This document shows positions 1-11,300 of a stretch of DNA of 38,477 nucleotides, piece after piece. Position 1 is the stretch's first letter. The number at the start of each line of letters is the position of its first letter. The position numbers and the translations under genes were made by a program. A model generated the notes under the pieces. It did no database searches, was not told where the DNA came from, and saw only the letters and a program-made list of their open reading frames with translations. This DNA is from Nemertoderma westbladi (taxonomy: Eukaryota; Animalia; Xenacoelomorpha): the NCBI GenBank assembly GCA_032718475.1, contig JAUCBJ010003765.1, forward strand, positions 1 through 38,477, given 5' to 3'.

Positions 1-20
1 GAATCCGCTAATTCAGTAAT

Positions 21-260
21 TAGGCCTACCCCAACCAAGCCCCAACATGTAGTCCGTCTAATTAAATACCGGTACTGAATTAGGCCTACGCCTACCAGGA
101 CCATCGTACCCATCTGCCCATGAACTAATACGACAGACAGAAAGGGATCGACTAATACATTAGGCATTAGGGAATAACATTAAGGCCTAAGCTGCTAAGT
201 AATAAACTGAATAGGCCTACTGCTACACCTGAGCACCTGACACCGTCACCGTCAGGCCTA
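21..260. promoter_or_regulatory. Cluster of palindromic (T)AGGCCTA motifs upstream of BLM
   Basis: Exact TAGGCCTA at 21, 81 and 212; AGGCCTA at 183 and 254; an 11-bp inverted repeat CTAATTCAGTA (8-18) / TACTGAATTAG (73-83). The regulatory role is inferred from position only. Confidence 0.4.
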
Positions 261-363
261 CTGTAATAATTAGATAATAAATGCTAATGCTATGGAGTAG
301 GCTTATTCGATATGTTTGGTTATATATTCGGTCCATTGATTAATACTCCATATTATTATTATT

Positions 364-3300
364 ATGCATAAACAAACATCATTAAATGACTTCTTTACGA
401 ATCCACCAGTTAAGTCTCGCGCTACCAAACGAGATATAGACCTTTCCACCGCAACTGCAACAGAAACGCAGCATCAATTCGGATTGAAGTTGGCTCTCAG
501 GCGAGATATGTTCCCGTCGCCACGAAATGGATCCAGTGTTAAAATCCCCCCCATCGCACGCGTTAAACCAACATTCCCGGAGGTAATATCACTAGACGTA
601 GACGACTCACAGGTGGATGTGGTTGACGAAGAACCTCTCATTAGACCCCCCACCGATTCCAACGACTTGCCGCCTCCTAAACGGTGCCGATTCGGCTCCA
701 ACCTACCCTCTTCTTCTCAACAAGTTGGTGGCTTGGATACAAAATCACTATCGTTACATTCAATTCAACGGAATCCACCAATTGATACAGTTTCCCATGA
801 TGCCTTAAACGACTGGGACCAATTTATTAATATTGAGAGTGCAAATAAACTGGATGAAATTAAAGTTTCTGAAGATGAAGATGTCAACAATATAGATAAC
901 TTTGCAGAGTTTAGTAGTGAAGGCGATCACGTTTTCTCTCAACTCAATTCCCTCGATTTTGAAGTCGACACTGATAGTGACGACGGGGAATCTATAGACA
1001 CTCCGGTAACAACATCGAAAACATTTGGCAATACATTCCTGAGGGTTAGTGTGGATCGGATAAATTCTATGGTGGCTGATTGTGTAGAAGTTGAGTCGCC
1101 AGTGCGACCCACGATAGAACAAGTAAATCATTTGCGAAACAAAGAAAGCGAAATTCTACGGGAAATAGTTCAGTTTATCCACAGATTCAGTGTCGTTGAC
1201 CAACTGTCCGGGGATATCGCTTATGGTTTGTCGTCGATTCTAGACAGCTACAGTAAGATTGAATGGAAAGTTAAGAACTTGTGTACGAAATATAAATCTC
1301 CAATCAAGGTTGCTTCTAGTAGTAATATTAGAATACCTGAAGGTGGTATGGTAGATACCTGTAGTGGGACTAATCCTATATCGCGTCTGTTAGCAACACC
1401 CGGAGGCGATGGGGATACCAGTCTCTCCGATTACAGTGTTACTCCTGTCGCTCGGGGAATGGATCTTGGTATTGGTACCCCGGTCAGTAAACAGCTCGGA
1501 TGTGAGACAACCCCTGTCGGACGCACCCAACAGCTTACAGAAACTACCGTGACGAGCTCAGTCTCTAAGGGTAGATTTAAATTTAAGAAATTAGCCAGTA
1601 TTTCTGCGTCCGGCGACTCTGCCGTTGTTAACCGTGGACCTTGTGGCGACCCTGGGTCAACCAATAACACTAACAGTGCCGGTGATCACATTGTTAGTGT
1701 TGGAGTGGCTCGTAGGGGTGATTCGGAGGTCGGTTCTCGTACTGGGTATGTCACAAATGCAACCGAGGGCACTGGGTACTCTTATAGTGGCAGTGGATAT
1801 GTTGGTGGCAGTAACAGTGGCACTGGGTATGTTGGTGGCAGTAACAGTGGCACTGGGTATGTTGGTGGCAGTAACAGTGGCACTGGGTATGTTGGTGGCA
1901 GTAACAGTGGCACTGGGTATGTTGGTGGCAGTCACAGTGGCACTGGGTATGTTGGTGGCAGTAACAGTGGCGCTGGATATGTTGGTGTGAGTAACAGTGG
2001 CACAGGGTATGTTGGTGGCAGTAACAGTGGCGCTGGATTTGTTGGTGGCAGTAACAGTGGCACTGGGTATGTTGGTAGTATTAACGGCGGCACAAGTAGT
2101 GCAGTGTATAACGACTCATACTGGTGTAATGAAGACGACAACTTTGAACCAATAACCGAGGACTACAATAACGCTACATTCTCATTAATCCAACCGCATA
2201 CAACAACTACTCCGTTACCAACACAGAAACCTTCCCTGGGTAAATCTGTGACTGTTGTTGGAAACGCTACTAGTAACAAACAACAAAGCAACCAACGGAA
2301 GCCGAATGATAACAAGGTTTACATAAAGGATGACGGCGCTCAATCAATGTTTAAAGGTTACAACTTTCCATTCTCGGATGCGTTGAGGGCCGCATTCCAC
2401 GGGCAGTTCGGTTTGCGTAGCTTCCGATTGAATCAGTTGGAGGCGATTAACGCGGCCATGTCCGGAGAGGATTGCTTTATAATGATGCCGACCGGAGGTG
2501 GGAAGTCGTTGTGTTATCAACTTCCGGCGGTCATATCGGAAGGGGTAACAGTGGTGGTGAGTCCCTTGAAGAGTCTCATACAGGATCAGTCGCAGAAGAT
2601 GGACTCGCTGAACATTCCCACGGCGTGTCTCACGGGTGAGCGAACTGTGAGCGAGTCGGCAGCCATTTACAGCGACTTAGAGCGCGATCAGCCCGTCTAT
2701 AAACTCATCTTCGTTACTCCCGAGAAAGTGGCGGAGAGCGGCCGACTCAAGGGTATAATGAGTAGTCTCTCTCGACGCGGGAAACTGAGTCGATTCGTTA
2801 TAGACGAGGCGCATTGCGTCAGCCAATGGGGGCACGACTTCCGCCCAGATTACAAGAAGTTGTTTATGTTGCGGGTTGAATGCCCGGGCGTTCCGTTGCT
2901 CGCCCTCACTGCGACAGCGACACCGAGAGTAAGTCGGGATCTTCTGCTGCAACTGCGGATGAACAAAGATACCAAGTGGTTCACTCAGTCGTTCAATCGG
3001 GTTAACCTTTGTTACAAAGCACATGTAAAGAAACCCAAGAAGGTTATGGAGGATATCGCCGAGGTTATAAAGGAGCGATATTCCCGGAAGTCCGGGATCG
3101 TTTACTTACTGACGCGGAAGGATTGCGACGACGCGGCTGCGTTGCTACGCAACCACGGGGTCCTCGCGAATTCGTACCACGGCGGTATGTCGGACCCGGA
3201 CAGACGGGGCGTCCAGAACCGATGGCTGGACGGGAAGGTCTGCCATGTGGTCTGCGCGACCATAGCGTTCGGTATGGGGATCGACAAGCCGGACGTTCGG

Positions 3301-4731
3301 TTCGTGGTGCACGCGGCCCTGCCTAAATCCATCGAGGGTTACTACCAGGAGAGCGGTCGGGCGGGACGGGACGGCAGGCCCGCTGATTGTCTGCTGTACT
3401 GCCACTACTCGGACGTACACCGGATCCGTCGTATGGTGGAGTCGGATACCGGTGGAAACGTCGCCGCTAAGGGCGTACACATCAACAACCTCTTCCGCAT
3501 GTGGAGTTTCTTTGAGAACCGCTGCGATTGTCGTCGACTCCTCCTCATGCATTACTTCGGGGAGCTCGACTTCGATGCAAACTTCTGCGCGGCCAACCCC
3601 AAGTTCTCGTGCGATAACTGCCAGAGTAAAGCGGAGTTCAAGCTGCTAAACGTAACCAAGGATAGTGTTTACGTGGCGGAGAGCGTGCGAGAGACCTCGG
3701 GGACCGGGCAGTTCACTCTCAATCACTTCGTCGACGTCTTCAAGGGTGTCAGCAGCGCCAAGGTCACCCAATTCCGTCACGAACGGCTCGTTATGTTCGG
3801 TCTCGGTAAGCTGTGGACCAAGGAGGATGTGGAGCGTTTTATGCGTCACCTGGTGCTGGAGGGTGTGATACACGAGTATCTGGTTACCACGGGGATGGGA
3901 ACGGTGGCCGCGTACGTTCGTCTCGGTCCCAACGCCGCTAATCTAATCGCCGGATCGGCGAACATTAAGTTCAAAATCCGCGCCGATTCCAAGACGAAAC
4001 ACAAGTCGAAATCGGCGAGTTCCGCGGCCAAACAGAGTTTGGTTTTCAGCAACGCTAATCTCGACGACTGTTACTACGAGTTATTGGATAAAGCCAAGGA
4101 AGTTAGTAAACGGAAAGGATATAACAGCTACACGGCTATTCTAAACTCAGACGCTCTTAATGAACTCGCATCTAATCTACCAGAAACTAAAGACGAGTGG
4201 ATGTTTATAACAGGGATGACCGCCTCCAAATACGACGCCTTCCACGCGGATTTCGCTGATATTATTAGGAGATTTAAGGAGAAGAGAGGCGGCGACTTTG
4301 TTGAGGACGATGATGATGAACTTATGGAGGCGTCGTCTACTAGTTACCAACGTGCCGGGGGTGAGAACGCTGATCTGATTCCTTACGATATCGGGTCGCA
4401 GAGCGCGTACTTCGACGGCCAATCTAGTGGGCGTAAAGGGCGTAGAGGGGGCGCTAAACGTGGTGGGGGGCGCGGCTACAGGAAGGCTTCAAAGGGGCGG
4501 AAGGTTAGGGGGAGTCCGAGGGGGAAGGGGGCTGTAGCGACGAAGCGGGGTTCCAGGACTGGGGTAACTCGAGGGGGGTCTAGGGGCGGTCAGAGTGCGG
4601 AAGGGACCTCAGCGGGTACGTGGTTGTCAGCTAATAAACACCCGGTAATAGGTCCCGGCGCTCAACGTAAACCCGGCCTTCTGTCACTCAACAACCGTGG
4701 TCTGTGCGGAAAGTTTACACACGCCTCATAA
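364..4731 (+). CDS. BLM: Bloom syndrome protein-like RecQ DNA helicase, single uninterrupted ORF (1455 aa)
   Basis: RecQ motif 0 (FGLRSFRLNQLEAINA), Walker A MPTGGGKSLCYQLPA, DEAHCVSQWGHDFRPDY, ATIAFGMGIDKPDVRFV, YYQESGRAGRDG. Also an RQC Zn site (CRRLLLMHYFGE...CDNC), a winged helix, an HRDC-like segment and an RG-rich basic C-tail. The long low-complexity N-terminus has a possible BDHCT-like helix (ILREIVQFIHRF) and no exonuclease domain, which favours BLM over WRN/RECQL. Confidence 0.9.
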   Translation: MHKQTSLNDFFTNPPVKSRATKRDIDLSTATATETQHQFGLKLALRRDMFPSPRNGSSVKIPPIARVKPTFPEVISLDVDDSQVDVVDEEPLIRPPTDSNDLPPPKRCRFGSNLPSSSQQVGGLDTKSLSLHSIQRNPPIDTVSHDALNDWDQFINIESANKLDEIKVSEDEDVNNIDNFAEFSSEGDHVFSQLNSLDFEVDTDSDDGESIDTPVTTSKTFGNTFLRVSVDRINSMVADCVEVESPVRPTIEQVNHLRNKESEILREIVQFIHRFSVVDQLSGDIAYGLSSILDSYSKIEWKVKNLCTKYKSPIKVASSSNIRIPEGGMVDTCSGTNPISRLLATPGGDGDTSLSDYSVTPVARGMDLGIGTPVSKQLGCETTPVGRTQQLTETTVTSSVSKGRFKFKKLASISASGDSAVVNRGPCGDPGSTNNTNSAGDHIVSVGVARRGDSEVGSRTGYVTNATEGTGYSYSGSGYVGGSNSGTGYVGGSNSGTGYVGGSNSGTGYVGGSNSGTGYVGGSHSGTGYVGGSNSGAGYVGVSNSGTGYVGGSNSGAGFVGGSNSGTGYVGSINGGTSSAVYNDSYWCNEDDNFEPITEDYNNATFSLIQPHTTTTPLPTQKPSLGKSVTVVGNATSNKQQSNQRKPNDNKVYIKDDGAQSMFKGYNFPFSDALRAAFHGQFGLRSFRLNQLEAINAAMSGEDCFIMMPTGGGKSLCYQLPAVISEGVTVVVSPLKSLIQDQSQKMDSLNIPTACLTGERTVSESAAIYSDLERDQPVYKLIFVTPEKVAESGRLKGIMSSLSRRGKLSRFVIDEAHCVSQWGHDFRPDYKKLFMLRVECPGVPLLALTATATPRVSRDLLLQLRMNKDTKWFTQSFNRVNLCYKAHVKKPKKVMEDIAEVIKERYSRKSGIVYLLTRKDCDDAAALLRNHGVLANSYHGGMSDPDRRGVQNRWLDGKVCHVVCATIAFGMGIDKPDVRFVVHAALPKSIEGYYQESGRAGRDGRPADCLLYCHYSDVHRIRRMVESDTGGNVAAKGVHINNLFRMWSFFENRCDCRRLLLMHYFGELDFDANFCAANPKFSCDNCQSKAEFKLLNVTKDSVYVAESVRETSGTGQFTLNHFVDVFKGVSSAKVTQFRHERLVMFGLGKLWTKEDVERFMRHLVLEGVIHEYLVTTGMGTVAAYVRLGPNAANLIAGSANIKFKIRADSKTKHKSKSASSAAKQSLVFSNANLDDCYYELLDKAKEVSKRKGYNSYTAILNSDALNELASNLPETKDEWMFITGMTASKYDAFHADFADIIRRFKEKRGGDFVEDDDDELMEASSTSYQRAGGENADLIPYDIGSQSAYFDGQSSGRKGRRGGAKRGGGRGYRKASKGRKVRGSPRGKGAVATKRGSRTGVTRGGSRGGQSAEGTSAGTWLSANKHPVIGPGAQRKPGLLSLNNRGLCGKFTHAS
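1786..2093 (+). repeat. In-frame 30-bp coding minisatellite in BLM, (VGGSNSGTGY)n
   Basis: Unit gttggtggcagtaacagtggcactgggtat starts at 1801, 1831 ... 2041 (9 full copies) with degenerate flanking copies. Confidence 0.95.
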
Positions 4732-4922
4732 ATTTACAATCCGTCATCAAAGATTATATAATTCGGTTTAGTAACTAACTATATTAGTTATATTTGCAAT
4801 ATTTCAACAGTGTTTAATTTACTGTTTGTGTATAATCAGTAATCATTATGTAAAAGTACTTATTCATTATTTTTATTAGTTTATATATATCTGTTCTTAA
4901 ACAATAATGATTATTGCTTTAT

Positions 4923-4928
4923 AATAAA
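4923..4928 (+). terminator. Candidate polyadenylation signal of BLM
   Basis: AATAAA ~190 nt after the stop, in an AT-rich 3' region. Confidence 0.45.
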
Positions 4929-5382
4929 GAGCTTTATAATACACACTCTTTTAGTATTATAATTTCAGTTTCAATTTCCACAAAATAGTAAATTTTATTC
5001 CCAGGAAGATAATTAATTGAGATTTATTCAAAAGGTCCACCGAGATTATTGCCATTACATTTTTTCTTTAACCTGACAATTATTTAATCGCCAAATTTGC
5101 AGCAAAAATGGAAATGGTAAAGCAAAAAGGGGTGTGTTTAGACTGTTACGGTGGCGTGCAATTATATCTGTAGCGAGATAGACATAAGTAGGGGGTGAGT
5201 ACAAAACAAACACACAAACACACCCAATTATAAAGACCTGGATAATCTTGTAACATGTGTTAACTTTCGTTTATTTGTTTTGGTTCCCCCCAACACGCCT
5301 CTGATCCTGCTCCTATACTAATCTGCTCCTTTAAATGTGGCAATGGGACCTAATGCTCTTTGGGACATAACGCGACTTTACC

Positions 5383-8300
5383 TCTTTGTTTTGTACAGAA
5401 CGGGCAGTAAAGTCTTTGGTGTTTGTTTTGCACAGAACGGACAGTAAAGTCTTGGGTCTTTGTTTTGTACAGAACGGGCAGTAAAGTCTTTGTTTTGTAC
5501 AGAACGGACAGTAAAGTCGTGGGTCTTTGTTTTGTACAGAACGGACAGTAAAGTCTTGGGTCTTTGTTTTGTACAGAACGGACAGTAAAGTCTTGGGTCT
5601 TTGTTTTGTACAGAACGGACAGTAAAGTCTTGGGTCTTTGTTTTGTACAGAACGGACAGTAAAGTCGTGGGTCTTTGTTTTGTACAGAACGGAGAGTAAG
5701 GTCTTTTGTTTTGTACCGAACGGACAGTAAAGTCTTTGGTCTTTGTTTTATACAGAACGGACAGTAAAGTCTTTGGTCTTTGTTTTGCACAGAACGGGCA
5801 GTAAAGTCTTTGTTTTGTACAGAACGGGCAGTAAAGTCTTTGGTGTTTGTTTTGCACAGAACGGACAGTAAAGTCTTGGGTCTTTGTTTTGTACAGAACG
5901 GGCAGTAAAGTCTTTGTTTTGTACAGAACGGACAGTAAAGTCGTGGGTCTTTGTTTTGTACAGAACGGACAGTAAAGTCTTGGGTCTTTGTTTTGTACAG
6001 AACGGGCAGTAAAGTCTTTGTTTTGTACAGAACGGACAGTAAAGTCGTGGGTCTTTGTTTTGTACAGAACGGACAGTAAAGTCTTTGGTCTTTGTTTTGC
6101 ACAGAACGGGCAGTAAAGTCTTTGTTTTGTACAGAACGGGCAGTAAAGTCTTTGGTGTTTGTTTTGCACAGAACGGACAGTAAAGTCTTGGGTCTTTGTT
6201 TTGTACAGAACGGGCAGTAAAGTCTTTGTTTTGTACAGAACGGACAGTAAAGTCTTGGGTCTTTGTTTTGTACAGAACGGACAGTAAAGTCTTGGGTCTT
6301 TGTTTTGTACAGAACGGACAGTAAAGTCTTGGGTCTTTGTTTTGTACAGAACGGACAGTAAAGTCTTGGGTCTTTGTTTTGTACAGAACGGGCAGTAAAG
6401 TCTTTGTTTTGTACAGAACGGACAGTAAAGTCTTGGGTCTTTGTTTTGTACAGAACGGACAGTAAAGTCTTGGGTCTTTGTTTTGTACAGAACGGACAGT
6501 AAAGTCGTGGGTCTTTGTTTTGTACAGAACGGAGAGTAAGGTCTTTTGTTTTGTACCGAACGGACAGTAAAGTCTTTGGTCTTTGTTTTATACAGAACGG
6601 GCAGTAAAGTCTTTGGTCTTTGTTTTGCACAGAACGGGCAGTAAAGTCTTTGTTTTGTACAGAACGGGCAGTAAAGTCGTGGGTCTTTGTTTTGTACAGA
6701 ACGGACAGTAAAGTCTTGGGTCTTTGTTTTGTACAGAACGGAGAGTAAGGTCTTTTGTTTTGTACCGAACGGACAGTAAAGTCTTTGGTCTTTGTTTTAT
6801 ACAGAACGGGCAGTAAAGTCTTTGGTCTTTGTTTTGCACAGAACGGGCAGTAAAGTCTTTGTTTTGTACAGAACGGACAGTAAAGTCGTGGGTCTTTGTT
6901 TTGTACAGAACGGACAGTAAAGTCTTGGGTCTTTGTTTTGTACAGAACGGACAGTAAAGTCTTGGGTCTTTGTTTTGTACAGAACGGACAGTAAAGTCTT
7001 GGGTCTTTGTTTTGTACAGAACGGACAGTAAAGTCGTGGGTCTTTGTTTTGTACAGAACGGAGAGTAAGGTCTTTTGTTTTGTACCGAACGGACAGTAAA
7101 GTCTTTGGTCTTTGTTTTATACAGAACGGGCAGTAAAGTCTTTGGTCTTTGTTTTGTACAGAACGGACAGTAAAGTCTTGGGTCTTTGTTTTGTACAGAA
7201 CGGACAGTAAAGTCGTGGGTCTTTGTTTTGTACAGAACGGAGAGTAAGGTCTTTTGTTTTGTACCGAACGGACAGTAAAGTCTTTGGTCTTTGTTTTATA
7301 CAGAACGGGCAGTAAAGTCTTTGGTCTTTGTTTTGTACAGAACGGACAGTAAAGTCGTGGGTCTTTGTTTTGTACAGAACGGAGAGTAAGGTCTTTTGTT
7401 TTGTACCGAACGGACAGTAAAGTCTTTGATCTTTGTTTTATACAGAACGGGCAGTAAAGTCTTTGGTCTTTGTTTTGCACAGAACGGGCAGTAAAGTCTT
7501 TGGTGTTTGTTTTGCACAGAACGGACAGTAAAGTCTTGGGTCTTTGTTTTGTACAGAACGGGCAGTAAAGTCTTTGTTTTGTACAGAACGGACAGTAAAG
7601 TCGTGGGTCTTTGTTTTGTACAGAACGGACAGTAAAGTCTTGGGTCTTTGTTTTGTACAGAACGGGCAGTAAAGTCTTTGTTTTGTACAGAACGGACAGT
7701 AAAGTCGTGGGTCTTTGTTTTGTACAGAACGGACAGTAAAGTCTTTGGTCTTTGTTTTGCACAGAACGGGCAGTAAAGTCTTTGTTTTGTACAGAACGGG
7801 CAGTAAAGTCTTTGGTGTTTGTTTTGCACAGAACGGACAGTAAAGTCTTGGGTCTTTGTTTTGTACAGAACGGGCAGTAAAGTCTTTGTTTTGTACAGAA
7901 CGGACAGTAAAGTCTTGGGTCTTTGTTTTGTACAGAACGGACAGTAAAGTCGTGGGTCTTTGTTTTGTACAGAACGGAGAGTAAGGTCTTTTGTTTTGTA
8001 CCGAACGGACAGTAAAGTCTTTGGTCTTTGTTTTATACAGAACGGGCAGTAAAGTCTTTGGTCTTTGTTTTGTACAGAACGGACAGTAAAGTCTTGGGTC
8101 TTTGTTTTGTACAGAACGGACAGTAAAGTCGTGGGTCTTTGTTTTGTACAGAACGGAGAGTAAGGTCTTTTGTTTTGTACCGAACGGACAGTAAAGTCTT
8201 TGGTCTTTGTTTTATACAGAACGGGCAGTAAAGTCTTTGGTCTTTGTTTTGCACAGAACGGGCAGTAAAGTCTTTGTTTTGTACAGAACGGACAGTAAAG

Positions 8301-11300
8301 TCGTGGGTCTTTGTTTTGTACAGAACGGACAGTAAAGTCTTGGGTCTTTGTTTTGTACAGAACGGACAGTAAAGTCTTGGGTCTTTGTTTTGTACAGAAC
8401 GGACAGTAAAGTCTTGGGTCTTTGTTTTGTACAGAACGGACAGTAAAGTCGTGGGTCTTTGTTTTGTACAGAACGGAGAGTAAGGTCTTTTGTTTTGTAC
8501 CGAACGGACAGTAAAGTCTTTGGTCTTTGTTTTATACAGAACGGGCAGTAAAGTCTTTGGTCTTTGTTTTGTACAGAACGCACAGTAAAGTCTTGGGTCT
8601 TTGTTTTGTACAGAACGGACAGTAAAGTCGTGGGTCTTTGTTTTGTACAGAACGGAGAGTAAGGTCTTTTGTTTTGTACCGAACGGACAGTAAAGTCTTT
8701 GGTCTTTGTTTTATACAGAACGGGCAGTAAAGTCTTTGGTCTTTGTTTTGTACAGAACGGACAGTAAAGTCTTGGGTCTTTGTTTTGTACAGAACGGACA
8801 GTAAAGTCGTGGGTCTTTGTTTTGTACAGAACGGAGAGTAAGGTCTTTTGTTTTGTACCGAACGGACAGTAAAGTCGTGGGTCTTTGTTTTGTACAGAAC
8901 GGGCAGTAAAGTCGTGGGTCTTTGTTTTGTACAGAACGGACAGTAAAGTCGTGGGTCTTTGTTTTGTACAGAACGGACAGTAAAGTCGTGGGTCTTTGTT
9001 TTGTACAGAACGGAGAGTAAGGTCTTTTGTTTTGTACCGAACGGACAGTAAAGTCTTGGGTCTTTGTTTTGTACAGAACGGACAGTAAAGTCGTGGGTCT
9101 TTGTTTTGTACAGAACGGAGAGTAAGGTCTTTTGTTTTGTACCGAACGGACAGTAAAGTCGTGGGTCTTTGTTTTGTACAGAACGGGCAGTAAAGTCGTG
9201 GGTCTTTGTTTTGTACAGAACGGGCAGTAAAGTCTTTGGTCTTTGTTTTGTACAGAACGGGCAGTAAAGTCTTTGTTCTTTGTTTTGTACAGAACGGGCA
9301 GTAAAGACTTTGTTCTTTGTTTTGTACAGAACGGGCAGTAAAGACTTTGGTCTTTGTTTTGTACAGAACGGACAGTAAAGTCGTGGGTCTTTGTTTTGTA
9401 CAGAACGGACAGTAAAGTCTTTGGTCTTTGTTTTATACAGAACGGACAGTAAAGTCTTTGGTCTTTGTTTTATACAGAACGGGCAATAAAGTCTTTGGTC
9501 TTTGTTTTGTACAGAACGGAGAGTAAGGTCTTTTGTTTTGTACCGAACGGACAGTAAAGCCTTGGGTCTTTGTTTTGTACAGAACGGGCAGTAAAGTCTT
9601 TGGTCTTTGTTTTGTACAGAACGGACAGTAAAGTCTTTGGTCTTTGTTTTGTACAGAACGGATAGTAAAACCTTGGGTCTTTGTTTTGTACAGAACGGAC
9701 AGTAAAGTCTTTGGTCTTTGTTTTGTACAGAACGGAGAGTAAGGTCTTTTGTTTTGTACCGAACGGACAGTAAAGTCTTTGGTCTTTGTTTTATACAGAA
9801 CGGGCAATAAAGTCTTTGGTCTTTGTTTTGTAGAGAACGGAGAGTAAGGTCTTTTGTTTTGTACCGAACGGACAGTAAAGTCGTGGGTCTTTGTTTTGTA
9901 CAGAACGGAGAGTAAGGTCTTTTGTTTTGTACCGAACGGACAGTAAAGTCGTGGGTCTTTGTTTTGTACAGAACGGACAGTAAAGTCTTTGGTCTTTGTT
10001 TTATACAGAACGGGCAATAAAGTCTTTGGTCTTTGTTTTGTACAGAACGGGCAGTAAAGTCTTTGGTCTTTGTTTTGTACAGAACGGGCAGTAAAGTCTT
10101 TGGTCTTTGTTTTGTACAGAACGGATAGTAAAACCTTGGGTCTTTGTTTTGTACAGAACGGACAGTAAAGTCTTTGGTCTTTGTTTTGTACAGAACGGAG
10201 AGTAAGGTCTTTTGTTTTGTACCGAACGGACAGTAAAGTCGTGGGTCTTTGTTTTGTACAGAACGGACAGTAAAGTCTTTGGTCTTTGTTTTATACAGAA
10301 CGGGCAATAAAGTCTTTGGTCTTTGTTTTGTACAGAACGGAGAGTAAGGTCATTTGTTTTGTACCGAACGGACAGTAAAGCCTTGGGTCTTTGTTTTGTA
10401 CAGAACGGGCAGTAAAGTCTTTGGTCTTTGTTTTGTACAGAACGGACAGTAAAGTCTTTGGTCTTTGTTTTATACAGAACGGGCAATAAAGTCTTTGGTC
10501 TTTGTTTTGTACAGAACGGGCAGTAAAGTCTTTGTTTTGTACAGAACGGACAGTAAAGTCGTGGGTCTTTGTTTTGTACAGAACGGAGAGTAAGGTCTTT
10601 TGTTTTGTACCGAACGGACAGTAAAGTCTTTGGTCTTTGTTTTATACAGAACGGGCAGTAAAGTCTTTGGTCTTTGTTTTGTACAGAACGGGCAGTAAAG
10701 TCTTTGGTCTTTGTTTTGTACAGAACGGGCAGTAAAGTCTTTGGTCTTTGTTTTGTACAGAACGGACAGTAAAGCCTTGGGTCTTTGTTTTGTACAGAAC
10801 GGGCAGTAAAGTCTTGGGTCTTTGTTTTGTACAGAACGGGCAGTAAAGTCTTTGGTCTTTGTTTTGTGCAGAACGGAGAGTAAGGTCATTTGTTTTGTAC
10901 CGAACGGACAGTAAAGTCTTTGGTCTTTGTTTTATACAGAACGGGCAGTAAAGTCTTTGGTCTTTGTTTTATACAGAACGGGCAGTAAAGTCTTTGGTCT
11001 TTGTTTTGTACAGAACGGGCAGTAAAGTCTTTGGTCTTTGTTTTATACAGAACGGGCAGTAAAGTCTTTGGTCTTTGTTTTGTACAGAACGGGCAGTAAA
11101 GTCTTTGGTCTTTGTTTTGTACAGAACGGGCAGTAAAGTCTTTGTTTTGTACAGAACGGACAGTAAAGTCGTGGGTCTTTGTTTTGTACAGAACGGAGAG
11201 TAAGGTCTTTTGTTTTGTACCGAACGGACAGTAAAGTCGTGGGTCTTTGTTTTATACAGAACGGACAGTAAAGTATTTGGTCTTTGTTTTGTACAGAACG

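Noticed and set aside
474-4422. Short overlapping or antisense ORFs within BLM, and similar ones within LRIG exons and MRPL32
   Set aside because: They are shadow ORFs of GC-rich coding sequence with no recognisable domains.
4731-5383. Functional link between BLM (a repeat-stability helicase) and the adjacent satellites
   Set aside because: Adjacency alone gives no evidence; tandem repeats are abundant throughout this window.
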